From Actinomycetales bacterium (GTDB lineage: Bacteria > Actinomycetota > Actinomycetes > Actinomycetales > CAVURS01), in NCBI GenBank assembly GCA_045807245.1, contig JBJMHS010000058.1:1-61734 (forward strand): a stretch of 61,734 nt of DNA, given 5' to 3'. Shown piece after piece: positions 33,939 to 44,425 of this stretch. The first letter of the stretch is position 1, and each line of letters opens with the position of its first letter. The notes under the pieces were generated by a model. It was given only the letters and a program-made list of their open reading frames with translations, ran no database searches and was not told the DNA's origin. The position numbers and the translations under genes were made by a program.

Positions 33939-34796
33939 GTGCCGGTCGCGCTGGTCACTGACTCCACGGCGTACCTGCCGGCGGAGCTGCTCGAGCGGCA
34001 CGGGATCCACGTCGTACCGCTCCAGGTCCTGATCGCCGGGAAGGCGCACGACGAGAACGACGTGCCACCCGGGGTGGTCGCCGCTGCGCTGCGGGACCGT
34101 ACGCCGGTCACGACCTCGCGTCCGTCGCCGGGGGCGTTCGCCGGCATGTACGCCGATCTGGCCAGTCAGGGCTTTGACTCGGTGGTATCGGTCCACCTGT
34201 CGGCGGAGATGTCGGGAACCTACGCCTCGGCCCGGATGGCGGCCGACGGTGCCTCGCTACCGGTCGAGGTGGTCGACTCGCGGTCGCTGGCCATGGGGCT
34301 GGGGTTCGCCGTCGTGGCCGCGGCCGACCTGCTGGCCGGTGGGGCAGCCGCTCACGAGGCAGCGCGAGCGGCGGCGACAAGGGCGGCGAACACGAGCGCG
34401 TGCTTCTACGTCGACACGCTCGAGCACCTGAGGCGGGGTGGCCGCATCGGCGCGGCCAGCGCGCTCGTGGGGTCGGCCTTGGCGATCAAGCCGCTGCTGA
34501 GTCTGGACGACGGGCGCATCATGCCGCGCGAGAACGTGCGCACGTCGGCCCGGGCGATCGCGCGGCTGGAGGAGATCGCGGTCGAGCTGGCGGGCGGGGA
34601 CGGCGGTGCCTCGGCGCGGCCCGTCGACGTCGCCGTGCATCATCTGGGCGCACCGGACCAGGCCGCTGGGTTGGCCGCCCGGCTGGTCGGCCGAGTGCCC
34701 CGGCTGGCGGACCTCGTCGAGGCTGAAGTCGGCGCCGTGGTGGGCGCTCACGTCGGTCCCGGGATGCTTGCGGTCGTCGTCGCACCCCAGCCGTAG
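33939..34796 (+). CDS. DegV family fatty-acid-binding protein
   Basis: VTDST, TTSRPS, LRRGGRIG and AHVGPG motifs. Confidence 0.93.
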   Translation: MPVALVTDSTAYLPAELLERHGIHVVPLQVLIAGKAHDENDVPPGVVAAALRDRTPVTTSRPSPGAFAGMYADLASQGFDSVVSVHLSAEMSGTYASARMAADGASLPVEVVDSRSLAMGLGFAVVAAADLLAGGAAAHEAARAAATRAANTSACFYVDTLEHLRRGGRIGAASALVGSALAIKPLLSLDDGRIMPRENVRTSARAIARLEEIAVELAGGDGGASARPVDVAVHHLGAPDQAAGLAARLVGRVPRLADLVEAEVGAVVGAHVGPGMLAVVVAPQP

Positions 34797-35056
34797 ATGG
34801 CTTCGTGCAGTCCTGCGCATGGTGCCATATCCGGGCAGAGCTCTCTATCGCCCGCGTTTCGTCATTTGGTGACTCAACTGTCTAGTCAGAACACGCTGAG
34901 TGATGCTCAGACGCCGCATATCGGGGTCTTTGGTGCAGAAAATGGCCTGTTCGGTGAAATGACTAGTCCTTTTGGGTTGTGTCGTCACCCGGATGGACGA
35001 CACACTGTGCGGACTCGGAGCGGGTGAGCGCTCCGCCACCAGGGAAAGGTCTTCAC

Positions 35057-35116
35057 ATGTCGACTGCACAGCGTTTCGAGCGGATCCGTACCGTCACCCG
35101 TGAGCGCATCCGCTGA
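35057..35116 (+). CDS. Candidate 19-aa small peptide MSTAQRFERIRTVTRERIR
   Basis: -10 CACACT at 35001-35006, 5' hairpin at 35016-35035, SD GGGAAAGG at 35042-35049, downstream 14-bp hairpin. Confidence 0.55.
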   Translation: MSTAQRFERIRTVTRERIR

Positions 35117-35145
35117 ACGGACTGCATCACCACCACGCGAGCATC

Positions 35146-35177
35146 ACCGCCGCCGGGCCCATCGGCTCGGCGGCGGT
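35146..35177 (+). terminator. GC-rich hairpin closing the small-peptide unit
   Basis: ACCGCCGCCGGGCC-catc-GGCTCGGCGGCGGT. Confidence 0.65.
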
Positions 35178-35199
35178 TCGCTGGGCGGGGCGTCGGTCT

Positions 35200-35282
35200 C
35201 GTCCACAGCCGGGCGGTCCGGGTCCCACCGTCCACAGCGTGGGTCTTGATGGCGGCCCGGCGTCGGGGTCCGTCCCTAGCGT
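35200..35282 (+). promoter_or_regulatory. comEA promoter: RecA-NDp-like motif plus two DnaA-box-like repeats
   Basis: CGTCGG-N10-TAGCGT (35261-35282) 6 nt before ATG; CGTCCACAGC at 35200 and 35229. Confidence 0.5.
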
Positions 35283-35288
35283 CCACGC

Positions 35289-36170
35289 ATGCCCGACCTC
35301 ACCCGCGATCGTGTTGGACAACGCGGCCGGCCCGCGCCTCTGCCGACCACGGCCGGCCGGCGTAACGCGGGGACCTCGCCGCGGGCGCGCCCGACGCTCG
35401 GGTCTCTGCGCGGTGGCCGTCATCGCTCGGGATCCGGAGTTGCGCCGAGTCGCTGGGAGCTGATCCGCGCATCGTGGGCGGATCGGCTGCCGGCGACCAT
35501 GCAGGGCGCGCGCTTCGGCGCGCACCGCCGCGCGGTTGCCGGCGGGCTGCTCGTGCTTCTTGTCGTTGCCGTCATCCTGGGCGTCCGGCTGTCCCTCGCC
35601 TCAGCGGCCGCTCGGCCGGTGACAGTGTCCGGGCCAATGGCACCGACGCGGACGGCAGCGACCACGAAAAGCATTGCTGCTCAACCATCTTCGATGGCGA
35701 GCGCCACGGCCACCGCCGGCGCGTCGATGCTCGTGGTCTATGTCTCCGGACGGGTGCGGCACCGCGGTGTGCTCCGTCTCGCTCCCGGCTCGCGCGTGCA
35801 GGACGCCTTGCGCGCGGCGGGCGGTACGTTGCCCGGGTCGGACCTCGAGGGGATCAACCTGGCCCAACCGCTCTCCGACGGTGAACACGTCCTCGTGGCG
35901 AGGTCCGGCCACGGCTCGACGGTGAGTACCGGTGGTGGCGTAGGCGGTACCGGCGGTTCTGCCGGCGCAGCGGCCGGACAGGTCATCGACCTCAACGCCG
36001 GCGACCTGGCCGCACTGGACTCGCTGCCCGGTGTGGGGCCTGTTCTGGCTCAACGGATCCTGGACTGGCGCACGGCGCACGGCCGGTTCAGCAGCGTCGA
36101 CGAGCTCGACGAGGTCTCCGGGATCGGCGACAAGCTGCTGAGTGAGATCCGCCCGCACGTTCGGGTCTGA
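35289..36170 (+). CDS. comEA: Competence protein ComEA
   Basis: TM segment, SLBB domain (VYVSGRV...GSRVQDAL...INLA) and HhH (LPGVGP...VSGIG). Confidence 0.9.
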   Translation: MPDLTRDRVGQRGRPAPLPTTAGRRNAGTSPRARPTLGSLRGGRHRSGSGVAPSRWELIRASWADRLPATMQGARFGAHRRAVAGGLLVLLVVAVILGVRLSLASAAARPVTVSGPMAPTRTAATTKSIAAQPSSMASATATAGASMLVVYVSGRVRHRGVLRLAPGSRVQDALRAAGGTLPGSDLEGINLAQPLSDGEHVLVARSGHGSTVSTGGGVGGTGGSAGAAAGQVIDLNAGDLAALDSLPGVGPVLAQRILDWRTAHGRFSSVDELDEVSGIGDKLLSEIRPHVRV

Positions 36171-36172
36171 CC

Positions 36173-38500
36173 ATGCCGGCGGATCTGCGGCTGCTCGGTC
36201 CGGCCGGCGTCGCTTGGGTGGGGTTGGCTGCGTTGCTCGGGGCGCCTGTCCGCGTGGTCCTCGGGACTGCGATCGGCTGCGTCCTGCTCGCGACCGCTGT
36301 CGTGGTTCACGACCGGACGTGGGCCCCGGGCCCCGGGAGGGGCTGGGTGAACAGCGTCGCCCTGTGCGCCGTTGGGCTGGCTCTGGTGCTGGTCGCAGCC
36401 GCACTCCACCGGTCCATACAGGGGGTCGGGACGGTGACGGAGCTGGCTGAGGAGGGCGCGACGGTGACCGTTGCCGCGACGGTGGCGTCCGACCCGGTGT
36501 CGTTGCCGGCCAAGGGACTTCGTCGCACTCCGTCGGTGCTGGTGCGGTTGCAGGTGCATGAGGTCGAGGGGCGCGGGCGCCGGTCGGAGGTGAACACGCC
36601 GGTGCTCGCGTTCGGAGACCGCAGCTGGAGTGGCGTGGTGTGGGGCGAGCAGGTTCGTGCGGTGGGCCGGCTGGCCCCGGCGCGGCCCGGCGACGACGTC
36701 CTGGCCACGATGTCCGGGAAGGGCCGGCCGACATCACGGGCCCCGCCGGACCGGTTACGGCGCACTGCCGGCTCGTTGCGTTCGGGCCTGCAGCGTTCGG
36801 TGGCCGGGTTGCCCGGCCAGGGGACGGGGCTGCTCCCCGGACTCGTCGTCGGTGACACCAGTGAACTGGACCCGGGGCTCGAGGCCGACATGCGCGCGGC
36901 CGGTCTGACCCACCTGGTTGCCGTCTCGGGCAGCAACGTCGCGATCGTGTGTGGCGCGGTGCTGCTGCTGGCGCGGCGGGTGGGTCTGCCGCGTCGGCTG
37001 CGGGCACCGACGGCGGCCGTCACCCTCGTCGCCTTCGTCGTGGTGGCCCGGCCCGAGCCCAGCGTGCTGCGGGCGGCGGTGATGGGTGGCATCGGCCTCG
37101 TGGGCCTGGCCTCGTCGCGGCGCGGCGAAGGGGTGGCGGCGCTGTCGGCTGCGGTGGTGCTGTTGCTCGTCGTCGACCCGTGGCTGGCCCGCTCGTACGG
37201 TTTCGCCCTGTCCGTGCTGGCGACGCTCGGCCTCCTCTTGCTGGCCCGGCCGTGGGGCGACGCCTTGTCCAGGTGGCTGCCTCGACCGTTGGCGATGGCG
37301 CTCGCCGTACCGCTGGCTGCCCAAGCCGCATGTGGGCCGGTGGTGGTGCTGCTGCAGGGGTCGGTGTCCGTGGTCGCGGTGCCGGCCAACCTGGCTGCCG
37401 CGCCGCTGGTCGCGCCGGCCACGCTGGCCGGAGTGCTCGCGGCGGCGCTGTCGGTCATCTGGGGTCCGCTGGCCCGGCTGGCGGCCTGGCCGGGGGTCCT
37501 GGCGGCCGACGGGATCGCGCAGGTCGCCCATCTGGCCGCGCGCGCTCCGAGCCTGCCGTGGCCCGGCGGCGCCGGCGGCGCGTTGGCCCTGGCCGGCCTG
37601 ACCGCCGTCTGCGTCGTCTGGGGTGGGTCGCTGTTGCGCCAGTGCGTCAGACATCCGTGGGCGGCAGGCATGCTGGCGCCGGCGGTCGCTGCCGGCCTGA
37701 TGCCGATCGGCGGCGCCGGATGGCCGCCGCCCGGCTGGGTCATGGTCATGTGTGACGTCGGCCAGGGTGACGGCCTGGTGCTCCGGACCACTCCCGGTCA
37801 CGCGATGGTGGTCGACACGGGACCCGACCCGGCGTTGATGGACCGCTGCCTGCGCTCGTTGCGGGTGAGCGCTGTCGACCTGCTCGTGCTGACCCACGAC
37901 CACGCAGACCATGTCGAGGGGGTGCCTGGCGTGATGCGCGGGCGCCGGGTCGGCGAGGTGGTCCTCAACGGCCTGGACGACCCGCCGGCGGAGGCCCGAC
38001 GGGTCGCGAGCTGGGCGGCGCGTGCTCACGTGCCGGTACGGCGGGCCGAGGTGGGGCAGAGCGGTCGGGTCGCCGGAGTGACCTGGCAGGTCCTGTGGCC
38101 GCGCTACGTGATCCATGAAGGCTCGGCGCCGAACAACGCCAGCGTCGTGCTCTTGGTGCAGGCGAGCGGTCTGCGTCTGCTGCTGCTCGGCGACGTCGAG
38201 ACTCCGGCCGCCCGCCAGGTGGACCTGGCGTTGCGGGCCCTGCCGCAGGGCCCGTCGGTGGACGTCATCAAGGTGGCCCATCATGGCTCGGCGCTGCAGG
38301 ACCCGGGCCTGGTGCGGGACGCCGACGCCGTCCTCGCCCTGGTCAGCGTCGGGGCGCACAACGACTACGGTCACCCGGCCCGCAGCACGCTCGACCTGCT
38401 GGCCGGGGCGGGCGCCACCGTCCGGCGTACCGACCGCGACGGTGACATCGCGGTGCTCTCCCGAGGTGGGCGGGTCGCGGTGGTCACCCATCCGCCCTGA
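36173..38500 (+). CDS. comEC: Competence protein ComEC/Rec2
   Basis: GLTHLVAVSGSN, PSVLRA, DVGQGD, THDHADH, HHGS and YGHP motifs. Confidence 0.94.
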   Translation: MPADLRLLGPAGVAWVGLAALLGAPVRVVLGTAIGCVLLATAVVVHDRTWAPGPGRGWVNSVALCAVGLALVLVAAALHRSIQGVGTVTELAEEGATVTVAATVASDPVSLPAKGLRRTPSVLVRLQVHEVEGRGRRSEVNTPVLAFGDRSWSGVVWGEQVRAVGRLAPARPGDDVLATMSGKGRPTSRAPPDRLRRTAGSLRSGLQRSVAGLPGQGTGLLPGLVVGDTSELDPGLEADMRAAGLTHLVAVSGSNVAIVCGAVLLLARRVGLPRRLRAPTAAVTLVAFVVVARPEPSVLRAAVMGGIGLVGLASSRRGEGVAALSAAVVLLLVVDPWLARSYGFALSVLATLGLLLLARPWGDALSRWLPRPLAMALAVPLAAQAACGPVVVLLQGSVSVVAVPANLAAAPLVAPATLAGVLAAALSVIWGPLARLAAWPGVLAADGIAQVAHLAARAPSLPWPGGAGGALALAGLTAVCVVWGGSLLRQCVRHPWAAGMLAPAVAAGLMPIGGAGWPPPGWVMVMCDVGQGDGLVLRTTPGHAMVVDTGPDPALMDRCLRSLRVSAVDLLVLTHDHADHVEGVPGVMRGRRVGEVVLNGLDDPPAEARRVASWAARAHVPVRRAEVGQSGRVAGVTWQVLWPRYVIHEGSAPNNASVVLLVQASGLRLLLLGDVETPAARQVDLALRALPQGPSVDVIKVAHHGSALQDPGLVRDADAVLALVSVGAHNDYGHPARSTLDLLAGAGATVRRTDRDGDIAVLSRGGRVAVVTHPP

Positions 38501-38565
38501 CCCGCGGGAGCAGCCGGTCATTGGCGACGAGTGGGCTGACGGTGCGGGATGACACAGTGTTCCGC

Positions 38566-39519
38566 GTGGACGCGACGCTCGTGCTGGTGCTCGGGCCGGA
38601 GGAGCTGCTCGCCGAGCGCGCTGTGGCCCGGGTCGTTGCGGCCGCACGTAACGAGCATCCGGCCACCGAGGTCATCGAGATCGAGGGCGCGGGGTACGAG
38701 AGCGGGGCCGTCGGCGTCCAGGCCAGCCCGTCGCTGTTCGCCGAGCCCAAGGTCCTGGTGATCCGGGGTCTGGAGAATGCGAACGAGGCGCTCGTGGCCG
38801 ACCTGCTGGGTTACCTCGACGCGCCGGCCGTCGATGTGACGGTGGTGCTCTGTCACCGCAGCGGTGTCCGGGCCAAGAAGGTGCTCGAGGCCGCCCGGCA
38901 GGCTGGTGCCGACGAGATCGAGTGCCCGGCCATCAAGAGCGACCGCGACAAGACCGACTTCGTCATCCGCGAGTTCCGCGCAGCTGCGCGCCAGATCGCG
39001 CCGGAGGCAGTGCGGGCTCTGGTCGAAGCGGTGGGCAGCGACCTGCGCGAGCTCGCGAGCGCGTGTGCCCAGCTGGTGTCGGACACGTCGGGCCGGATCG
39101 AGGCCGACACGGTGCTGCTGTACTACGGCGGCAAGGTCGAGGCGACCGGGTTCCGGGTGGCTGACGCCGCGGTCAGCGGCCGGACCGGCGAGGCGCTCGA
39201 GCTGCTGCGGCACGCGCTCGGGACGGGCCTGGACCCGGTGCCGATCGTCGCGGTCCTGGCCTCTAGCCTGCGCACCCTGGCCAAGGTGGCCGCGGCCGGC
39301 CGGTCCGGGCGTTCAGCCGATGTGGCCAGGACCTTGGGTCTGGCGCCCTGGCAGGTGGACAAGGCTCGCCGGCAGCTGAGCGGGTGGGACCCGGACGGCC
39401 TGGCCCGGTCGATCATCGCCGTGGCCGAGGCGGATGCCGCGGTCAAAGGCGGCGGGCGCGATCCCGAGTACGCCGTCGAGCGCGCGGTGGTCACGGTGGC
39501 CCGTTCCCGCGGGCGATAG
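38566..39519 (+). CDS. holA: DNA polymerase III subunit delta
   Basis: PSLF, VGSDLREL and PWQVDKARRQ; conserved comEC-holA-rpsT position; start uncertain. Confidence 0.9.
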   Translation: MDATLVLVLGPEELLAERAVARVVAAARNEHPATEVIEIEGAGYESGAVGVQASPSLFAEPKVLVIRGLENANEALVADLLGYLDAPAVDVTVVLCHRSGVRAKKVLEAARQAGADEIECPAIKSDRDKTDFVIREFRAAARQIAPEAVRALVEAVGSDLRELASACAQLVSDTSGRIEADTVLLYYGGKVEATGFRVADAAVSGRTGEALELLRHALGTGLDPVPIVAVLASSLRTLAKVAAAGRSGRSADVARTLGLAPWQVDKARRQLSGWDPDGLARSIIAVAEADAAVKGGGRDPEYAVERAVVTVARSRGR

Positions 39520-39590
39520 CGGGCCGGGCTGGAACGAGGACGGCGCCCACCCGACCGGGCGGACGCCGTCTCGACGTTGGGGAGCGCCGG

Positions 39591-39851
39591 CTAGAGCGAA
39601 GCCGCCTTCTTGGCCAGGGCCGACTTGCGGTTGGCCGCCTGGTTCTTGTGGATCACGCCCTTGCTGACGGCCTTGTCCAGCTTGCGGGTCGCTGCCTTGA
39701 GGGCAGCGGCGCTCGTGTCGGCGTCGCCCGCGGCGATGGCTTCCCGGGCGGCGCGCACGGCGGTCTTGAGCTCGCTCTTGACCGCCTTGTTGCGCTCGTG
39801 CCGGCGCTCGTTGGTGCCGTTGCGCTTGATCTGGGATTTGATGTTGGCCAC
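39591..39851 (-). CDS. rpsT: 30S ribosomal protein S20
   Basis: [10 protein letters not shown]...[14 protein letters not shown]. Confidence 0.98.
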   Translation of the reverse strand: MANIKSQIKRNGTNERRHERNKAVKSELKTAVRAAREAIAAGDADTSAAALKAATRKLDKAVSKGVIHKNQAANRKSALAKKAASL

Positions 39852-39998
39852 AGCCGGTGACTCCAGGCTTCAGGTAGGTGCGGGGTCGTACGTCGGGCTT
39901 GTGCGGGAGGCGGCACGTCACGGTCGGACCGTCGCGCGTCCTCGAAGCGCAGCGGCCAGGCTACCAGCGGGGCACGAGACGCTCCAAAACGGGCGCAG

Positions 39999-42005
39999 CT
40001 AGACGGCCGCGGCCTGCGCCTCCGGGTCGGCCGCCGGCTCGGCGAACTGGGCGTCGTACAGGTCCGCGTAGACGCCCCGGGCGGCCAGCAGCTCGGCGTG
40101 CGTGCCCTGCTCCACGATCCGGCCGCTGTCCATGACCAGGATGAGGTCGGCGTCGCGGATCGTGCTGAGCCGGTGGGCGATGACGAAGCTGGTCCGGTCC
40201 GACCGCAGGGCGGCCATGGCGTGCTGCACCAGGACTTCGGTCCGCGTGTCGACCGAGCTGGTCGCCTCGTCCAGGATCAGGATCGCCGGGTCGGCCAGGA
40301 AGGCTCGCGCGATGGTGATCAGCTGGCGCTCGCCGGCGCTCAGGTTGCTGGCCTCGTCGTCGACCACCGTGTCGTAACCGTCCGGCAGAGACCGCACGAA
40401 CCGGTCCACATAGCTCGCCCGGGCGGCCTCGAGGATGCGCTCCTCGCCCGCTGTCGGGTCGCCGTACGCGATGTTGTCCCGGATGGTCCCGCCGAACAGC
40501 CATGTGTCCTGCAGGACCATGCCGAAGTCGTCGCGCAGCTCGTTCCGGCGCATCTGGGCGATGTCGACCCCGTCGATCGTGATCCGGCCGGAGTCCAGGT
40601 CGTAGAACCGCATGATCAGGTTCACCAAGGTCGTCTTGCCGGCGCCCGTCTGCCCGACGATCGCCACAGTCCGCCCCGGCTCGGCGACGAGCGACAGGTC
40701 GTCGATCAGGGGGCGCTCGGGGTCGTACCGGAACGACACGTCCTCGAAGGCGACGCGTCCACGGACCTGGTCGAGCACCGCCGGCGGGAATGCGTCCGGC
40801 GACTCCTCCGGCTCGTCGAGGAGCTCGAAGACCCGCTCGGCCGAGGCGACGCCGGACTGGAGGACGTTGGCCATCGACGCCACCTGGGTCAGCGGCTGGG
40901 TGAACTGGCGGGAGTACTGGATGAACGCCTGCACGTCGCCGAGCGACATCGATCCCGATGCGACACGGAGGCCACCGACGACGGCGATGGCGACGTAGTT
41001 CAGGTTCCCGATGAACATCATCGTCGGCATGATGATGCCCGAGATGAACTGAGCCTTGAAGCTCGCGGCGTACAGGTCCTCGTTGCTCCGCTCGAACACT
41101 GCCTGGACCTCCGGCTGACGGCCGAAGACCTTGACCAGCTCGTGGCCGGTGAAGGTCTCCTCGATGTGGCCGTTGAGGACCCCGGTGTGCCGCCACTGGG
41201 CGATGAACTGCTTCTGGGACCGCTTGGCGATCACCTTGGTCACGACCATCGACAACGGCACGGTCACCAAGGCGATCAACGCCAGTAGGGGCGAGACGAC
41301 GAACATCAGCGTCACGACGCCGACCACCATCAGCAGTGAGGTGAGCAGCTGGCTCAACGTCTGTTGCAGGCTCTGCGAGATGTTGTCGATGTCGTTGGTG
41401 ACGCGACTGAGCACCTCACCGCGCGGCTGCTGGTCGAAGTACCTCAGGGGTAGGCGGTTCAGCTTGTCCTCGACGTCAGAGCGCAGGGCGAAGATCGTCC
41501 GCTGGACGACACCGTTCAGCAGGTAACCCTGCAGCAGTCCCAGGGCCGACGCTCCGACGTACAGGAACAGCACCCCGACCAGCACCAGGCCCAAGGCATG
41601 GAAGTCGACGCCCTGACCCGGTACGACGTTCGTGCCGCTCACGACGTCGGCGATCCGCTCCTGGCCTTGCGCTCGCAGGGACGCGATGGCCTGGGCCTTG
41701 CTGATGCCCTCCGGCAGCCGGCGACCGATCACGCCGTCGAAGATCAGGTCGGTCGCGTGCCCAAGGATCTTCGGTCCGGTCACCGACATCGCGACGCTCG
41801 CGACCGCCAGCCCGACGACGCCGAGGACGGTGAACCGCTGCGGTTGCAGGCGGGCCAGGAGACGTCGGGCCGACGGTCCGAAGTCCATCGACTTCTCGGT
41901 CGGGATGCCCGCGTTGCCCCATGGGCCCCCGCTACCCGGGCCCCGGCGGGTTGCCTGGGCGGCCGCCGGGAGGCGCGCGGGAGTCGTCGGCTTCTCGTCG
42001 GTCAT
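39999..42005 (-). CDS. ABC exporter half-transporter (TMD+NBD)
   Basis: [22 protein letters not shown] and AHRLST (consensus site). Confidence 0.93.
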   Translation of the reverse strand: MTDEKPTTPARLPAAAQATRRGPGSGGPWGNAGIPTEKSMDFGPSARRLLARLQPQRFTVLGVVGLAVASVAMSVTGPKILGHATDLIFDGVIGRRLPEGISKAQAIASLRAQGQERIADVVSGTNVVPGQGVDFHALGLVLVGVLFLYVGASALGLLQGYLLNGVVQRTIFALRSDVEDKLNRLPLRYFDQQPRGEVLSRVTNDIDNISQSLQQTLSQLLTSLLMVVGVVTLMFVVSPLLALIALVTVPLSMVVTKVIAKRSQKQFIAQWRHTGVLNGHIEETFTGHELVKVFGRQPEVQAVFERSNEDLYAASFKAQFISGIIMPTMMFIGNLNYVAIAVVGGLRVASGSMSLGDVQAFIQYSRQFTQPLTQVASMANVLQSGVASAERVFELLDEPEESPDAFPPAVLDQVRGRVAFEDVSFRYDPERPLIDDLSLVAEPGRTVAIVGQTGAGKTTLVNLIMRFYDLDSGRITIDGVDIAQMRRNELRDDFGMVLQDTWLFGGTIRDNIAYGDPTAGEERILEAARASYVDRFVRSLPDGYDTVVDDEASNLSAGERQLITIARAFLADPAILILDEATSSVDTRTEVLVQHAMAALRSDRTSFVIAHRLSTIRDADLILVMDSGRIVEQGTHAELLAARGVYADLYDAQFAEPAADPEAQAAAV

Positions 42006-43735
42006 GCTGCCTCCTCCGCGCTGAGCTGTGACTCGACGATCTCCAGGTAGGTGGGGCAGTCCACGAGCAGCTGCTCGTGACGACCGCGTCCGACGATCTC
42101 CCCGTCCTCGAGCACGAGGATCTGGTCGGCGTCAATGATCGTGGAAACCCGTTGCGCCACAATAAGGACAGTCGCTTCACGCGTCACCGGATGCAGGGCG
42201 GCTCGCAGCCGGCGGTCGGTGCCGAGGTCGAGCGCGCTGAACGAGTCGTCGAACAGGTAGATCTCCGGCTTGCGGACGAGCGCTCGCGCGATGGCCAGCC
42301 GCTGTCGCTGCCCGCCGGAGACGTTGGTGCCGCCCTGGGCGATCGACGCTTCTAGGCCCTCGGGCATCGCCTCGACGAAGGAGCGCGCCTGCGCGATCTC
42401 CAGGGCGGCCCAGAGCTCGTCGTCGGTCGCCTCCGGGTTGCCGTACCGCAAGTTCGAGGCCACGGTGCCGGTGAACAGGTACGGCCGCTGGGGGACCAGG
42501 CCGACTCGTTGCCAGAGCGCCTCGGGTGCCAGGTCGCGGACGTCCACACCGTCGACCAGCACCTGTCCGGCGGTCGCGTCGAACAGCCGTGGAACCAGGT
42601 TGACCATGGTCGTCTTGCCGGCACCGGTGCTGCCGATAACCGCCGTGATCTGTCCCGGCCGAGCGCTGAACGAGATGCGTTGCAGCACCGGCGCTTCCGC
42701 GCCCGGATAGGTGAAGCCCACGTCGCGCAGCTCGAGCAGGCCGATCCCTTCGATGTCACGGACCGGGTCGGTCGGAGGCTGCACGGAGCTCTCGGTGTCG
42801 AGCACCTCCTGGATGCGCTCGGCGCACACCGCGGCCCGCGGCACCATGACGACCATGAACGTGGCCATCATGACGGCGAACAGGATCTGGACCAGGTAGG
42901 ACAGGAACGCGGTGAGGGCGCCGATCTGCATGGTCCCGTTGTCCACGCGGTGCCCGCCGAACCAGAGCACTGCCACGCTCGACGCGTTGAGTACCAGCAT
43001 CACGGTGGGGAACATGAAGGCCATCAGCCGGCCGACGCGCAGGGCCGTGGCCGTGACGTCCGCGTTCGCCGCGCGGAAGCGGGCTGCCTCCTGGGGCTCA
43101 CGGACGAAGGCCCGGACGACCCGGATGCCTGAGATCTGCTCACGCAGCACCCGGTTGATCGTGTCGATCCGCTTCTGCATCAACCGGAACTGCGGGACCA
43201 TCTGGCTGACGATCGCGCCGATGGCGATGGCGAGCACCGGTACGGCGACGGCCACCAGCCAGGACAGGCCGACGTCCGTGTGGACCGCCAGGATGATGCC
43301 GCCGATGCCAGTGATCGGGGCCGCGACGAGCAACGTGCAGGTCATCAGTACGAGGACCTGCACCTGCTGGACGTCGTTCGTGGTGCGGGTGATCAGGGAC
43401 GGTGCACCGAAGCGCCCGACCTCGCGGCTGGAGAACTCGCCGACCCGGTGGAAGATCCGCGACCGCACGTCTCGGCCGAAGCTCGTCGCAGTCCTGGCGC
43501 CGAAGTAGACCGCGGCGATGGCGCACGCGACCTGCAGCACCGTGACCATCAGCATCATGCCGCCGGTCCGCACGATGTACGACGTGTCGCCCTGGGCGAT
43601 CCCGCGGTCGATGATGTCGGCGTTCAGGCTCGGCAGGTAGAGCGACGCCATGGTCTGGATCGTCTGCAGGACGACGACCGCCGCGATCAGGCGGCGATAG
43701 GGCTGGAGCGAGGTCCGGAGCAGCTGGATCAGCAC
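42002..43735 (-). CDS. ABC exporter half-transporter (degenerate-site partner)
   Basis: [21 protein letters not shown] and AQRVST; heterodimeric multidrug type. Confidence 0.93.
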   Translation of the reverse strand: MLIQLLRTSLQPYRRLIAAVVVLQTIQTMASLYLPSLNADIIDRGIAQGDTSYIVRTGGMMLMVTVLQVACAIAAVYFGARTATSFGRDVRSRIFHRVGEFSSREVGRFGAPSLITRTTNDVQQVQVLVLMTCTLLVAAPITGIGGIILAVHTDVGLSWLVAVAVPVLAIAIGAIVSQMVPQFRLMQKRIDTINRVLREQISGIRVVRAFVREPQEAARFRAANADVTATALRVGRLMAFMFPTVMLVLNASSVAVLWFGGHRVDNGTMQIGALTAFLSYLVQILFAVMMATFMVVMVPRAAVCAERIQEVLDTESSVQPPTDPVRDIEGIGLLELRDVGFTYPGAEAPVLQRISFSARPGQITAVIGSTGAGKTTMVNLVPRLFDATAGQVLVDGVDVRDLAPEALWQRVGLVPQRPYLFTGTVASNLRYGNPEATDDELWAALEIAQARSFVEAMPEGLEASIAQGGTNVSGGQRQRLAIARALVRKPEIYLFDDSFSALDLGTDRRLRAALHPVTREATVLIVAQRVSTIIDADQILVLEDGEIVGRGRHEQLLVDCPTYLEIVESQLSAEEAA

Positions 43736-44370
43736 GACGCGTCCCCCTGGGTGGTATCGGTGATGCCGTGCAGCAGAACGTGCACGATCTCCTCGGCGGT
43801 GAGTGGTTGGCCGTGCGAGATGAGCGGATGGCTGCCCGAGAACGTGATCAGCCGCAGCAGGCGGGCGGCCTGCTCGGGTGAGCAGCTGAGTCGGTCGACG
43901 TCCGGCTCGAAGAGGCGGGTCAGGTGGTTGATGACCCTGCTGTCGCGGTCACGATGAGCCTTCGGGTCCCAGTTGACCGCGCCGCCGGCCCGTTGATGGT
44001 GCGGCGGCGCGCCCATCCGCATGACGGCCATGAGCTGCCATACGCCTTTGAGCCGCTTCTGGATCAGCCGCGTCGCGACGAGGAGCCGTTCTTCGAGGGG
44101 GAGCGTGAGGTCGATGTCGGCGACCTGGCGCTCCAGGCGCCCGGTGTCGAACGCTCGTTCGACGACGCATTCGACCAGCTCGGTCTTGTCCTTGAAGACG
44201 CGGAAGATCGTGCCCTCGGCGACGCCGGCGGCTTCCGCGATGGCCTTGGTCGTCACGTCGCGCCCGTGCTCCTGGACCAGAGGCATCGCAGCCGTCAGGA
44301 TCGCGGCGCGGCGCTCCTCGGGTGGCAGCGGCGCGGCGCGTTTGGCCTTGGGGGCATCGACGTGGACCAC
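43729..44370 (-). CDS. TetR/AcrR regulator
   Basis: TTKAIAEAAGVAEGTIFRVFKDK HTH. Confidence 0.92.
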   Translation of the reverse strand: MVHVDAPKAKRAAPLPPEERRAAILTAAMPLVQEHGRDVTTKAIAEAAGVAEGTIFRVFKDKTELVECVVERAFDTGRLERQVADIDLTLPLEERLLVATRLIQKRLKGVWQLMAVMRMGAPPHHQRAGGAVNWDPKAHRDRDSRVINHLTRLFEPDVDRLSCSPEQAARLLRLITFSGSHPLISHGQPLTAEEIVHVLLHGITDTTQGDASC

Positions 44371-44376
44371 GGGTCG

Positions 44377-44407
44377 AGGATAAGTGAGTGAGTACTCACT
44401 CAGTCAA
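44377..44407 (-). promoter_or_regulatory. TetR operator within promoter
   Basis: Perfect 18-bp palindrome TGAGTGAGTACTCACTCA (44385-44402) between TTGACT and TATCCT; leaderless GTG at 44370. Confidence 0.75.
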
Positions 44408-44425
44408 GTGACATCTGTCAGGTCT

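Noticed and set aside
34984..34998. BldD box in the small-peptide promoter
   Set aside because: Only one half-site matches; about three mismatches to the consensus.
34797..35069. ORFs 34797-35027(+) and 34845-35069(-)
   Set aside because: Non-host codon usage and no SD; better explained as regulatory DNA.
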